DNA from: a virus
Taxonomy: Duplodnaviria; Caudoviricetes
Strand: one strand, 5' to 3'
IMG/VR virus record: IMGVR_UViG_3300032285_005159
Coordinates: 1 to 57,545 of that record
DNA length: 57,545 nt
Position numbers and translations under genes: made by a program. Below are positions 50,074-57,545 of the stretch, in pieces (position 1 is the stretch's first letter; each line of letters starts with the position of its first letter). Below the pieces are notes generated by a model. That model ran no database searches and was not told the origin of the DNA. It worked only from the letters and a program-made list of their open reading frames with translations.

Positions 50074-50733
50074 ATGAAACTATCAGATAAAATCAAAATC
50101 GCCGTTGCCTTGCACGGCAACCAATTCCGCGCCGTACAAGCCCAACTGGTGCATGACCTAGGACCAACTCCCGTGGCCTTGCACCGCAGCATTAACCACA
50201 GCGGCTGGAGCCTTACCAGCGTGCACTGCGGCTTCGTTATTTGCCGAGGCACCACCAAGGCCAAGGCCGTGGCCCACTACCAGCACATACTGGCCCACCG
50301 AAGCCCAGAAGAGGTTCTGGCGCGGATCCAACTGCGGGCCCCCGCACCATGCCCAGACTCTTTGGCCGAAGCTCACTTGGGCAAGCCAAGGTCCAGCGCA
50401 CAGCAACAGCCGAGCTCGGCCGTGGCCGTGGCCGCCGCCATTGCCGAACGCGCCGCGCTTACCACGGACGAGCACCAAGCCGTGGTCCGCGCCTTGTGCA
50501 AGGCTGGACCTAACGCTGGCCGATTGCTGGCCAAGGCTCCTACTGGCTACCGCGACCCGCTAGGCCAAGCCGCTTGGAACGGGCTCCAGCCCAACCCGTA
50601 CAAGGTCCAAACCAGTAGCATTCTGTTTGCTGGACCAACGGAAAAGGCCTTGCTGGATAAACTGCACGGAAAGAACTGGCCAGTATGGCTTGACTCCGAC
50701 GCAGATGCTCTGGTAAAGCTGGGCGTGTGGTAA
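50074..50733 (+). CDS. Early hypothetical protein, 219 aa
   Basis: MKLSDKIK after an AACCAACTACC leader. Confidence 0.7.
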   Translation: MKLSDKIKIAVALHGNQFRAVQAQLVHDLGPTPVALHRSINHSGWSLTSVHCGFVICRGTTKAKAVAHYQHILAHRSPEEVLARIQLRAPAPCPDSLAEAHLGKPRSSAQQQPSSAVAVAAAIAERAALTTDEHQAVVRALCKAGPNAGRLLAKAPTGYRDPLGQAAWNGLQPNPYKVQTSSILFAGPTEKALLDKLHGKNWPVWLDSDADALVKLGVW

Positions 50734-50756
50734 AAACCAACAACCGACAACCAACC

Positions 50757-51134
50757 ATGAGCAAAACCAGAATCCAACTCGACTGGGCCCCAGTGGTCCG
50801 AAGCCTAATCCACCGCCTACAGCAAGCCAACTTCGCCGTTGTTTCAGTACACGACGGGGAAGAACGGCACAAGTACTCACCGGACGCGCCGTTGTCCAAG
50901 GTACGGGCTCAAGCCGCTAACGCCGTTTGCGTGGTGGACGAGGCAACCCTAACCGTACTGGACCTAACGTCAGTAGAAACCCGCAAGCTAGCCCTGTTTA
51001 TTGTGCTTGGCAATAGCCCCGAAGAAATCGTGGCTGACTGCTCGTGCGACAATAGGCTTGACGACGTATTGGAAGAACACCACATTGCTTGGCGCGACAA
51101 GCCTTGCCCAACCATAACCGTAACCATCAAATAA
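50757..51134 (+). CDS. Early phage protein, 125 aa
   Basis: SVHDGEE...VDEA...IVLGNSPEEIVADCS pattern; AACCAACC leader. Confidence 0.7.
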   Translation: MSKTRIQLDWAPVVRSLIHRLQQANFAVVSVHDGEERHKYSPDAPLSKVRAQAANAVCVVDEATLTVLDLTSVETRKLALFIVLGNSPEEIVADCSCDNRLDDVLEEHHIAWRDKPCPTITVTIK

Positions 51135-51135
51135 A

Positions 51136-51363
51136 ATGGCAAAACGACATAAGAAACTAACGTCCCACTACTTCGCGCAATGGCGCATTGTAGTTGCTCA
51201 CGAGGAACCCCACACCAAAGGCACCCGTTACTACGCAAGAACGTTAAACTGGTACGCCTTCCCAATTGAAAGCGAAAGCAGTGAGTTCCGCGACGCCGTT
51301 CACCAAGGCTTCGGAGGAATTGAAAAGGCCGAAACAAAATTAACGGCCCTGTACTATAGCTAA
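51136..51363 (+). CDS. Early hypothetical protein, 75 aa
   Basis: Its TAA abuts stem I of hammerhead 3. Confidence 0.65.
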   Translation: MAKRHKKLTSHYFAQWRIVVAHEEPHTKGTRYYARTLNWYAFPIESESSEFRDAVHQGFGGIEKAETKLTALYYS

Positions 51364-51422
51364 CCACCTGATGATGGCCCCCGGCGGGGGGTCGAAACCC
51401 CGAGGCAACCAGGCGGTCGTGG
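51364..51422 (+). ncRNA. Hammerhead ribozyme 3
   Basis: Stem I CCAC/GUGG (compensatory versus CCGC/GCGG), CUGAUGA+U, GGCCCCC-GGCG-GGGGGUC, GAAA, longer bulged stem III, GUC (cut after 51418). Confidence 0.85.
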
Positions 51423-51449
51423 ACGCAAACCTTAGTCCCAAACAACACC

Positions 51450-51830
51450 ATGAACAACCAATACCAATACCAAACCGAAACGCTACAGGCCAGCGAAAAG
51501 CTGTACCAAGTAGGGCCAAAGTCCATTGCAAGCCACGAGCAAAAGCTCGGGCTAAAGGAACACGAACCACTTATCGTGATTCTTGATTCGTGTATCCGGT
51601 ACGCCAAAGCGTACCAAAGTAGGTACGAAATCCCAGTTGCCAGCGACTACGTTTTAGGCCCGGCCCTACAGCAAATCCTACACGGCGTGCAATCGTTGCT
51701 GGACGGTTGCGGCGCAGTTAGCTTAGAGGCCAACCAGTACCAAGACTCAAAAGACAACGGCGTTTGCTCGACCCTAGTTGAAACCTGCCTAGCCTTGGCT
51801 GGGTACACCACCGAACACTATGACCTATAA
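51450..51830 (+). CDS. Early hypothetical protein, 126 aa
   Basis: Start follows hammerhead 3. Confidence 0.7.
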   Translation: MNNQYQYQTETLQASEKLYQVGPKSIASHEQKLGLKEHEPLIVILDSCIRYAKAYQSRYEIPVASDYVLGPALQQILHGVQSLLDGCGAVSLEANQYQDSKDNGVCSTLVETCLALAGYTTEHYDL

Positions 51831-52047
51831 ACTAAACTTGCTAACCGTGCCGCTGGTTCTAGCCTTTTTGGCTGGGACAGTGTGGCTTACCAACCACCAC
51901 CTAACCGAAACCTTACTGCAATGGCTAGCCCGTTAAACCACGCTTGTACCCTTTGCGGTAGCCGTAACTGGCCGGACCCAGAAACAACTTGTCCGTTGTG
52001 CTGGGGCCCAGCCGAACCCGAACCAGACCCAGACCAAGACCAAGACC

Positions 52048-52335
52048 ATGAAACCAACCACAGCAATTAAACAGTCACTGGCCCTTGTAGGGCCGCTCTA
52101 CCAAATAGCCAACAACTGGGCGTTCCTAACGTTTGACCCGTTCTACAACGTGCACCGTGAAAGCACTTCGTGCAATTACTGGCAAGCGTACGGCAACCGC
52201 CGCGTGGCACTTATTGAAAGCGCGTTAAGCCTGTTGTTCCCAGACCACGACCAGTACCTTAGCGTGCTCCAGCCGGAGTACCGCCACGGCCGCTGGCAAG
52301 ACTGGGTTTGGAAAATCTACCGTGAAAACACATGA
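52048..52335 (+). CDS. Early hypothetical protein, 95 aa
   Basis: Packed array with ATGA overlap. Confidence 0.6.
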   Translation: MKPTTAIKQSLALVGPLYQIANNWAFLTFDPFYNVHRESTSCNYWQAYGNRRVALIESALSLLFPDHDQYLSVLQPEYRHGRWQDWVWKIYRENT

Positions 52336-52586
52336 CTCGAAACGAACTATACCGCTCGGCATTGGACCACTTTTCAAAGCCGTTTGAAGTCCAAAGAAAG
52401 GTTTGGGCCTACTGGATCCAAAACCCAGACGGGACCCAAACCATAAGCCCCACAGGAAACTTCTACCAAGTTGCGTACCAGCGCAAAGTCCGTTTAGTGA
52501 ACCATTGCCGAGCCTTGCTCGGTTTGGGCCCACTTGCGGATGTAGACCCCACAGAAGACTGGCAAACACAAGTACCACAAACATGA
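52332..52586 (+). CDS. Early hypothetical protein, 84 aa
   Basis: ATGA overlaps; NFYQVAYQRKVRLV loosely echoes NYWQAYGNRRVALI of the previous gene. Confidence 0.6.
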   Translation: MTRNELYRSALDHFSKPFEVQRKVWAYWIQNPDGTQTISPTGNFYQVAYQRKVRLVNHCRALLGLGPLADVDPTEDWQTQVPQT

Positions 52587-52870
52587 AAACAAAAGAACAA
52601 ATCGAACAGCAAAGCAACCTAATCCATACCGCCCTGCTTTTGGGCGGATTCTACAGCGTTGAAAACGACCAACACAAAATCCTATTGCCTTGCGGCATTG
52701 AAATCCTGCTACAGTGGGAGCCGGACCAACACGTTGGCTTTACCTGTAACGGGTACCACCGAGTCCAGTACTCGTTTGCTAACCCACGCAACTTGGCTCG
52801 CCGGATCCAAAGCTACGTCTGGGTAATCTGCGACGAGTGGGATCAAACCAATTACTACCTAAACAAATGA
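52583..52870 (+). CDS. Early hypothetical protein, 95 aa
   Basis: MKTKEQIEQ start with ATGA overlap. Confidence 0.6.
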   Translation: MKTKEQIEQQSNLIHTALLLGGFYSVENDQHKILLPCGIEILLQWEPDQHVGFTCNGYHRVQYSFANPRNLARRIQSYVWVICDEWDQTNYYLNK

Positions 52871-52999
52871 CCAAACAAAGGCTTGACGCAATTGAAGCGG
52901 CGTGGCAATACCTCGTGCGCAAAAAAGCAACCAATAAACCAGATACCCTAGTGCTCGGCCGGAACGTAATATTCTGGCGCAGTACAACCAAAGTAAACC

Positions 53000-53227
53000 A
53001 TGTTTGACACACTTAAAACAACCGACAGCGGCGACCTTTTGCAGTGCATTAGCGAGCCGCACGCCGTGGACTTGTTAAGTACCTGTGGCCCAGACCACCT
53101 GTACTTGGACCGCTCCAACATTTTCGTAGACAGAGACTCGACCTTCGAGTATACTACGCTTCGAACTCTTGGCAAAGCAACAATTGCTGGCCGTAGATAC
53201 CGCAAAAACAACAACAAAAACAAGTAA
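53000..53227 (+). CDS. Early hypothetical protein, 75 aa
   Basis: AAACC-ATG context. Confidence 0.55.
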   Translation: MFDTLKTTDSGDLLQCISEPHAVDLLSTCGPDHLYLDRSNIFVDRDSTFEYTTLRTLGKATIAGRRYRKNNNKNK

Positions 53228-53231
53228 GACT

Positions 53232-53666
53232 ATGCACGGAATTAACGAAATCAAAAAGCAAAACGCACAAGCAAAAGCAAACTACGACAACAGCCGCCAA
53301 GGCACGTTCTGCGTACTTCAAAACGGTAACATCCTACTACGTTCGGGTGCCCAATCAAAGACCATTGAATGCAAGGAGGAAGCCGCTGAGTTCTTGGACC
53401 AAGTCCGAGGCCGCACCAGCGGGTTCGTTCGTGGCGTGGTGCAAGGGCACTTTCCACAGCAGGACTTGGAACAGCAGTTTGAAGACAGCCGGAACGGAAC
53501 GTACAGCGTGTTGGACGACGGGTCGATCCTAATTCGGAACGGCTTGTCCGCCCGAACCATTGACGACAAACAAAGCGCGGCCGAGTTCTTGGCCAAGGTT
53601 TTGGACCGCCCTACCGAATTCGTTCGCGGCGTGGTGAAATCGTACTTTGAGCCAGCCACTGCATGA
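53232..53666 (+). CDS. Early protein with an internal ~60-aa tandem duplication
   Basis: SRQGTFCVL..G.ILLR.G...AAEFL...FVRGVV occurs twice. Confidence 0.75.
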   Translation: MHGINEIKKQNAQAKANYDNSRQGTFCVLQNGNILLRSGAQSKTIECKEEAAEFLDQVRGRTSGFVRGVVQGHFPQQDLEQQFEDSRNGTYSVLDDGSILIRNGLSARTIDDKQSAAEFLAKVLDRPTEFVRGVVKSYFEPATA

Positions 53667-53743
53667 CCCTACTACTATTCTGGGTGTTTCTAGTGTGCTC
53701 AATTTTGGGCATTGTGGATGCAGTCATTAGCGTATTCTGAAAC

Positions 53744-54025
53744 ATGACTCGTGAATCTTGTATGGCGTCTCAAGTATTTTGGGACCGCACCAACCACGAC
53801 CGAATTATGATTGAGGTCCACCGATTCAAGGTTCGAGAAGAGGACGATCCAAACGCCGAGCGTTTGTACGTGTTCTACAAAAGCAAGCTAGCCACAATCC
53901 GTTCAGTACCCGCCGCCATTGACGCGGTAGTTGCTAACCGGATCCACCGATTCTTTGGCAGTCTACACCCAGACGTGCCGGAACTGACGGAACAGCTTGA
54001 CCAATGGCTCGAGCAAAACGTTTAA
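53744..54025 (+). CDS. Early hypothetical protein, 93 aa
   Basis: Last + strand ORF before the terminator. Confidence 0.6.
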   Translation: MTRESCMASQVFWDRTNHDRIMIEVHRFKVREEDDPNAERLYVFYKSKLATIRSVPAAIDAVVANRIHRFFGSLHPDVPELTEQLDQWLEQNV

Positions 54026-54033
54026 CCAAAACC

Positions 54034-54070
54034 AAAGCCCCAAGGTCTAATAAACCTTGGGGCTTTTTTT
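54034..54070. terminator. Terminator between the convergent early region and giant gene
   Basis: AAAGCCCCAAGGT/ACCTTGGGGCTTT stem with a long T-run on + and A-runs upstream. Confidence 0.85.
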
Positions 54071-54074
54071 GTTT

Positions 54075-57000
54075 TTACTGGTTCAGCGGAATGTTGCGCG
54101 GGGTATCCCGAATAACTTGCTTTAGGAAGTCCACTCGGGCTTGGCCATTAGCTTCACCCCCGCGCTCTAGCATATCCTTAAACAGGTCCGGCGGAAACAC
54201 CACGCGGTCAACAGCGTTTCGGTTTAGGATTTGGTTAACGCGGTCGCGGCTAAAGCCAGCGTCGGTAGCTTGTTTCTTAAGCTCCTGCATTGATACGCCA
54301 AGACTTTCGTAGCCAGCCATAGTTTTCTTTAACTTCTGGGCCGCGTACACACGGGCGTCTTGCAAGGTTCGGTACGTGTTTTCAATGTCTTGCTTGCCCA
54401 AAGTAGAGTAGCTTAAGAACTTGCCACGCTCTGGGCTTACGTCGTCCAAGTCACGCTTGGCCTTTGCAAACGCTTGGTGCGCTAGCTTGGTTAAGTCGTA
54501 CCTACGTGTTTGGAAAGGGCTGAATTCGTTAGCCACAAGCTCGGCCGCCGTGGCCAACCTTGCGTCCTTATCGTACACGCTTCCGTTGGTATACGCCTCG
54601 AACGCTTCGTAGAACTTCTGTGGAGTCTTTAACCTGTACGCGGTGCTGGCCAAGAACTTACCGATCTTTAGCGCGGCCGTGGCAGTGCTATCGTTTTCGT
54701 AGTAGATCTTACCGCCTCGGTCGTCCACGTTGTTAAGGACCTTTGCAAAAGCCTGTACCGCAATTTGTGGGGAAAGAAACGCTTCGGCAACCGCTTTAAT
54801 TGCTACCATTGGAGCTTCTGAGCCTCGCTTATTAGCTATTAAGTGCAAGCTACGAATAACCGGATCCATAATAATTGAGAACGGTAGCACGTAAGTAAGG
54901 TTCCACATCTTTACCTTGTTTGGATCCTTCGAGTCCTTGGTAAAGTAGTAGTTAACGTTCTGCGCCCAAGCCGGAAGACCATTACGGATCGCTTGTTCTT
55001 TTTCGTCATCGTAACCGCCAGCAAGCTTAACAAGTTCTGGTACAGTACTTAGTGCAAGCGAAGTCATTAAACCACCAAGCCTTAAACGGCCACGCGTTTT
55101 TAGTACTGGGTTACCAGAATTCATTTCCTGAAAGGACAGTTGTCCAGTTGCGAAAACAATACGTGCTGCTTCAGTGGTAAAGCGGAAGAAGCTATTAAAC
55201 AAGGTAGACAACAGCTTGCTCTTTTGGAACGCTTTAACTAGCGCAGGATTTTCCGAGTTACCTTGAGTTGTTTTACGTACCGTGCGTGCTGCCAACTGTT
55301 TAATTTGATTATCGGTCCACTTAGTGGTATTGTGCGCGTTGGCTTTTGTGTATACGCCCACTTCGTGCGAGTAGTAAGCAAACTTATAAACCAAGTCAAT
55401 TGCTTCAGCGGCTCCGGCTAACGAATCAAACACAGTATTAACCGCTTTAACTGGAGCCGTAACAGCAGTTACAGCGGCCGACGCTAACTTGCCCTTGCTA
55501 CGAATTGTTTGCTCGAGCTTGGCAACAAAGTTTTCTGGGTCGTCCCGCATTCCAGCAAGAAGCTCACGCAATACTCCAGCGTTCATTGAATCCTTAATAC
55601 CCAAAGCAATAAGGTCAGAACCCAACGGGCCCAGTTCGCTTAAGCTAAACTTCTCGTCTGGGCGCAATGCGGTTGGCATTACTTGCAAAGCTCGGTTCCA
55701 GAAGTTTGTTCCGTAGATTTCGTTAAGACCTTTAAACGCGTCTGCAATGTTTGCTGGGCTTGCAACGAAACCATTGCCAATCATAAACGCAACGTTGCCT
55801 AGCAAGTTACGGGTATAGAATCCAGCGGATCCAAGGGTAATCATACCCAGTGACTTACCAACTACGGCGGCCAATGCTTCATCAACTTTTTTAATTAGTT
55901 CAACGGCGTCGCCCTGCTTCGCTTTAAAGTCTGGTGTAAAGGATAACTGAAACGCTTCCTTAACTTCTGGCGGCGCGTAGAAGTTTGACAACGGCTCGCC
56001 GCCCAACGTTTTGGTAGAGTTTAGTAAAGGCTCGTACAGCCTATACTTCTCTGGGTCCTTTGCCTTTTCGTCGGCCGTAATTAGGAAACCATTGGCAACC
56101 CCAACGCTAGTGAACTCGTTAAGCAACCGCTGTGCGCCCACGAACTTAGCCAAGTTCGAGTAAGTACGGACGGCATTTTCAACTGGGTTCTGTACTTCAC
56201 CAAGGATCGCTACCAGCTCGCGCGGCACTTCACCTTTCTCCATGAACCGTGAAAGGTCAGTCTTGTTTGTAATTTTGCCCGGGATTTCTGGAGTATTGCC
56301 GTGCTGTTCAATGAAGTTGTCCAGCTCGATTGAGCCAACCGACTTGGCCTTAGCTTCGGCCTCGACCAAGGCTTGTACTTCGGCGTCCGAGAACACCGCG
56401 TACAAATCATTTGATCTCCAAGTCTTAAACGTACGCTTTACCCAAGCCTTTTCAAAGAAGTCTCTGGCTTCCTGCCTTGCCTGTGCAAAGGTTGGGTCTT
56501 CTTTAATCTTCTGAACGTAGCCTTCGTCGTGGTGGATTTGGTAGCTACGGGTAAGGTACACGCCCAAGTTCTCAGTAACCACCGCACGCATTGGATCGTT
56601 TGGTCCAAGCGACTCAACCAGTTGCTGGCTTAGCGAATCAATTGCAGCGCGGAACTCAGTTACAACTTCGGCAATGCGTGGACTGGTTTGCTCCAACCTG
56701 AACAACGCTTGTTGCTGCGCGGCCATTGCAGACTTAACTCCTTTAGCACGGCCAGCCTGAATTTCTAAATCGTACGCTGCGTTGGCCGCAGTAATTGCAG
56801 CGTTGCGCGTTTGCTTTTCAGACGAGTTAGCAAGGTCCGCTTGCAGTACGGTAACCTCGGCTTGGTAACGCTTAACGTCTTGGTGGACCAAGTAATCCGC
56901 ACGAGCTTGCGCTGTGGCTTTTTTGTATGTGGCGTACGCTTTGTCGGTTTGTTGGAACTGAACGTTAGCCGCTTCAATAGCCGCGTCCCGTGTTGCTCGG

Positions 57001-57422
57001 GCCGCGTCGCGGTCAGCCGCTGAAACGGTGGGGGCCGTGGTGCCCAACGCAACGTTAACGTCGTCTAAGTCTACGTTTGAATCTTTCTTTAACGCGTGCA
57101 AGAAAGTCTTGGTAAGCCCAGCAACCCGCGCGTTGGCCAAAGCCATTGCGCGCTCTTGGTACTGTTTGGCCTCGAACATCCGTGGATCCAAGTTTCCAGA
57201 TGCACGGAATAAACGGGTAAGCTTGGTTCCAAAGTTGTACTCGCCAGTAACTTCGTTAATGGCTAGGTCGTCCAACGACACGCGGTAAGCGGCCTCAATG
57301 TCCGGCGAGGTAACTGCGGTAACAGCACGGCTAAGCAATGGCTTCGGTGCTTTAGGCTTCGGACTCAAAGCAAGGCTTCGGTCGCTATCTGGAACTTTGG
57401 TAACCTTGTGCTTACCAAACAA
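54075..57422 (-). CDS. Giant polyvalent virion/ejection protein, C-terminal part
   Basis: In-frame continuation of 1..10662; helical region resembling the C-termini of podophage ejection proteins (LPD38/gp16-like, tentative). Confidence 0.9.
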   Translation of the reverse strand: MFGKHKVTKVPDSDRSLALSPKPKAPKPLLSRAVTAVTSPDIEAAYRVSLDDLAINEVTGEYNFGTKLTRLFRASGNLDPRMFEAKQYQERAMALANARVAGLTKTFLHALKKDSNVDLDDVNVALGTTAPTVSAADRDAARATRDAAIEAANVQFQQTDKAYATYKKATAQARADYLVHQDVKRYQAEVTVLQADLANSSEKQTRNAAITAANAAYDLEIQAGRAKGVKSAMAAQQQALFRLEQTSPRIAEVVTEFRAAIDSLSQQLVESLGPNDPMRAVVTENLGVYLTRSYQIHHDEGYVQKIKEDPTFAQARQEARDFFEKAWVKRTFKTWRSNDLYAVFSDAEVQALVEAEAKAKSVGSIELDNFIEQHGNTPEIPGKITNKTDLSRFMEKGEVPRELVAILGEVQNPVENAVRTYSNLAKFVGAQRLLNEFTSVGVANGFLITADEKAKDPEKYRLYEPLLNSTKTLGGEPLSNFYAPPEVKEAFQLSFTPDFKAKQGDAVELIKKVDEALAAVVGKSLGMITLGSAGFYTRNLLGNVAFMIGNGFVASPANIADAFKGLNEIYGTNFWNRALQVMPTALRPDEKFSLSELGPLGSDLIALGIKDSMNAGVLRELLAGMRDDPENFVAKLEQTIRSKGKLASAAVTAVTAPVKAVNTVFDSLAGAAEAIDLVYKFAYYSHEVGVYTKANAHNTTKWTDNQIKQLAARTVRKTTQGNSENPALVKAFQKSKLLSTLFNSFFRFTTEAARIVFATGQLSFQEMNSGNPVLKTRGRLRLGGLMTSLALSTVPELVKLAGGYDDEKEQAIRNGLPAWAQNVNYYFTKDSKDPNKVKMWNLTYVLPFSIIMDPVIRSLHLIANKRGSEAPMVAIKAVAEAFLSPQIAVQAFAKVLNNVDDRGGKIYYENDSTATAALKIGKFLASTAYRLKTPQKFYEAFEAYTNGSVYDKDARLATAAELVANEFSPFQTRRYDLTKLAHQAFAKAKRDLDDVSPERGKFLSYSTLGKQDIENTYRTLQDARVYAAQKLKKTMAGYESLGVSMQELKKQATDAGFSRDRVNQILNRNAVDRVVFPPDLFKDMLERGGEANGQARVDFLKQVIRDTPRNIPLNQ

Positions 57423-57545
57423 CACTCCGGCCGTGTGGCTTTTGCAAACAAAGCCAGCAAAGCCGTGGTCCTTAATTGCTTTTTCGTACATGGTATTGGC
57501 AGCACGGTCGTCAAACCTTGCGTAACCTGCTGCAACACGTTCGTC
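57423..57545. repeat. Terminal direct repeat, copy 2
   Basis: Identical to 1-123. Confidence 0.95.

Noticed and set aside
49388-51449. CRISPR array or terminators
   Set aside because: The repeats are separated by whole genes, have hammerhead cores and lack T-runs. The only Cas-like gene is a typical phage Cas4-like nuclease.
1-57545. Integrase, repressor module, tRNA genes, reverse transcriptase/DGR, phage RNA polymerase
   Set aside because: No supporting motifs were recognised by eye. Absence is not proven without HMM and tRNAscan searches.

Overview
The window is a complete, circularly assembled tailed-phage genome of about 57,422 bp; bases 1-123 are repeated at 57423-57545. It looks lytic (no integrase seen) and podovirus-like (no tape measure or tail tube seen). 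A spanin-like lipoprotein points to a Gram-negative host, and genes lack Shine-Dalgarno sites. Layout: (i) a non-coding 48.0-48.7 kb region of 7/14-bp periodic repeats, the likely genome end or origin; (ii) a + strand early region (48.7-54.0 kb) of small genes, including a SAM-lyase-like ORF, punctuated by three hammerhead ribozymes; (iii) a + strand accessory/replication block (15.1-30.3 kb) with a dNTP diphosphohydrolase, RuvC, SF2 helicase, Cas4-like nuclease, PolA and primase-helicase; (iv) - strand morphogenesis and lysis genes (portal, scaffold, capsid, holin/spanin/amidase, tail, lysozyme, TerL); (v) a ~4,669-aa polyvalent virion protein crossing the window junction, of which the ORF track shows only the last 1138 aa. 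Top findings: three hammerheads with covarying stems, each between a stop codon and the next start; a PolA intein whose HNH endonuclease is encoded in an overlapping +1 frame; the giant protein with several ADP-ribosyltransferase-like modules; and a duplicated 216-bp IHF-centred inverted-repeat element whose recombination would bring TerL next to the portal operon. All family assignments come from motif recognition by eye; no searches were run.
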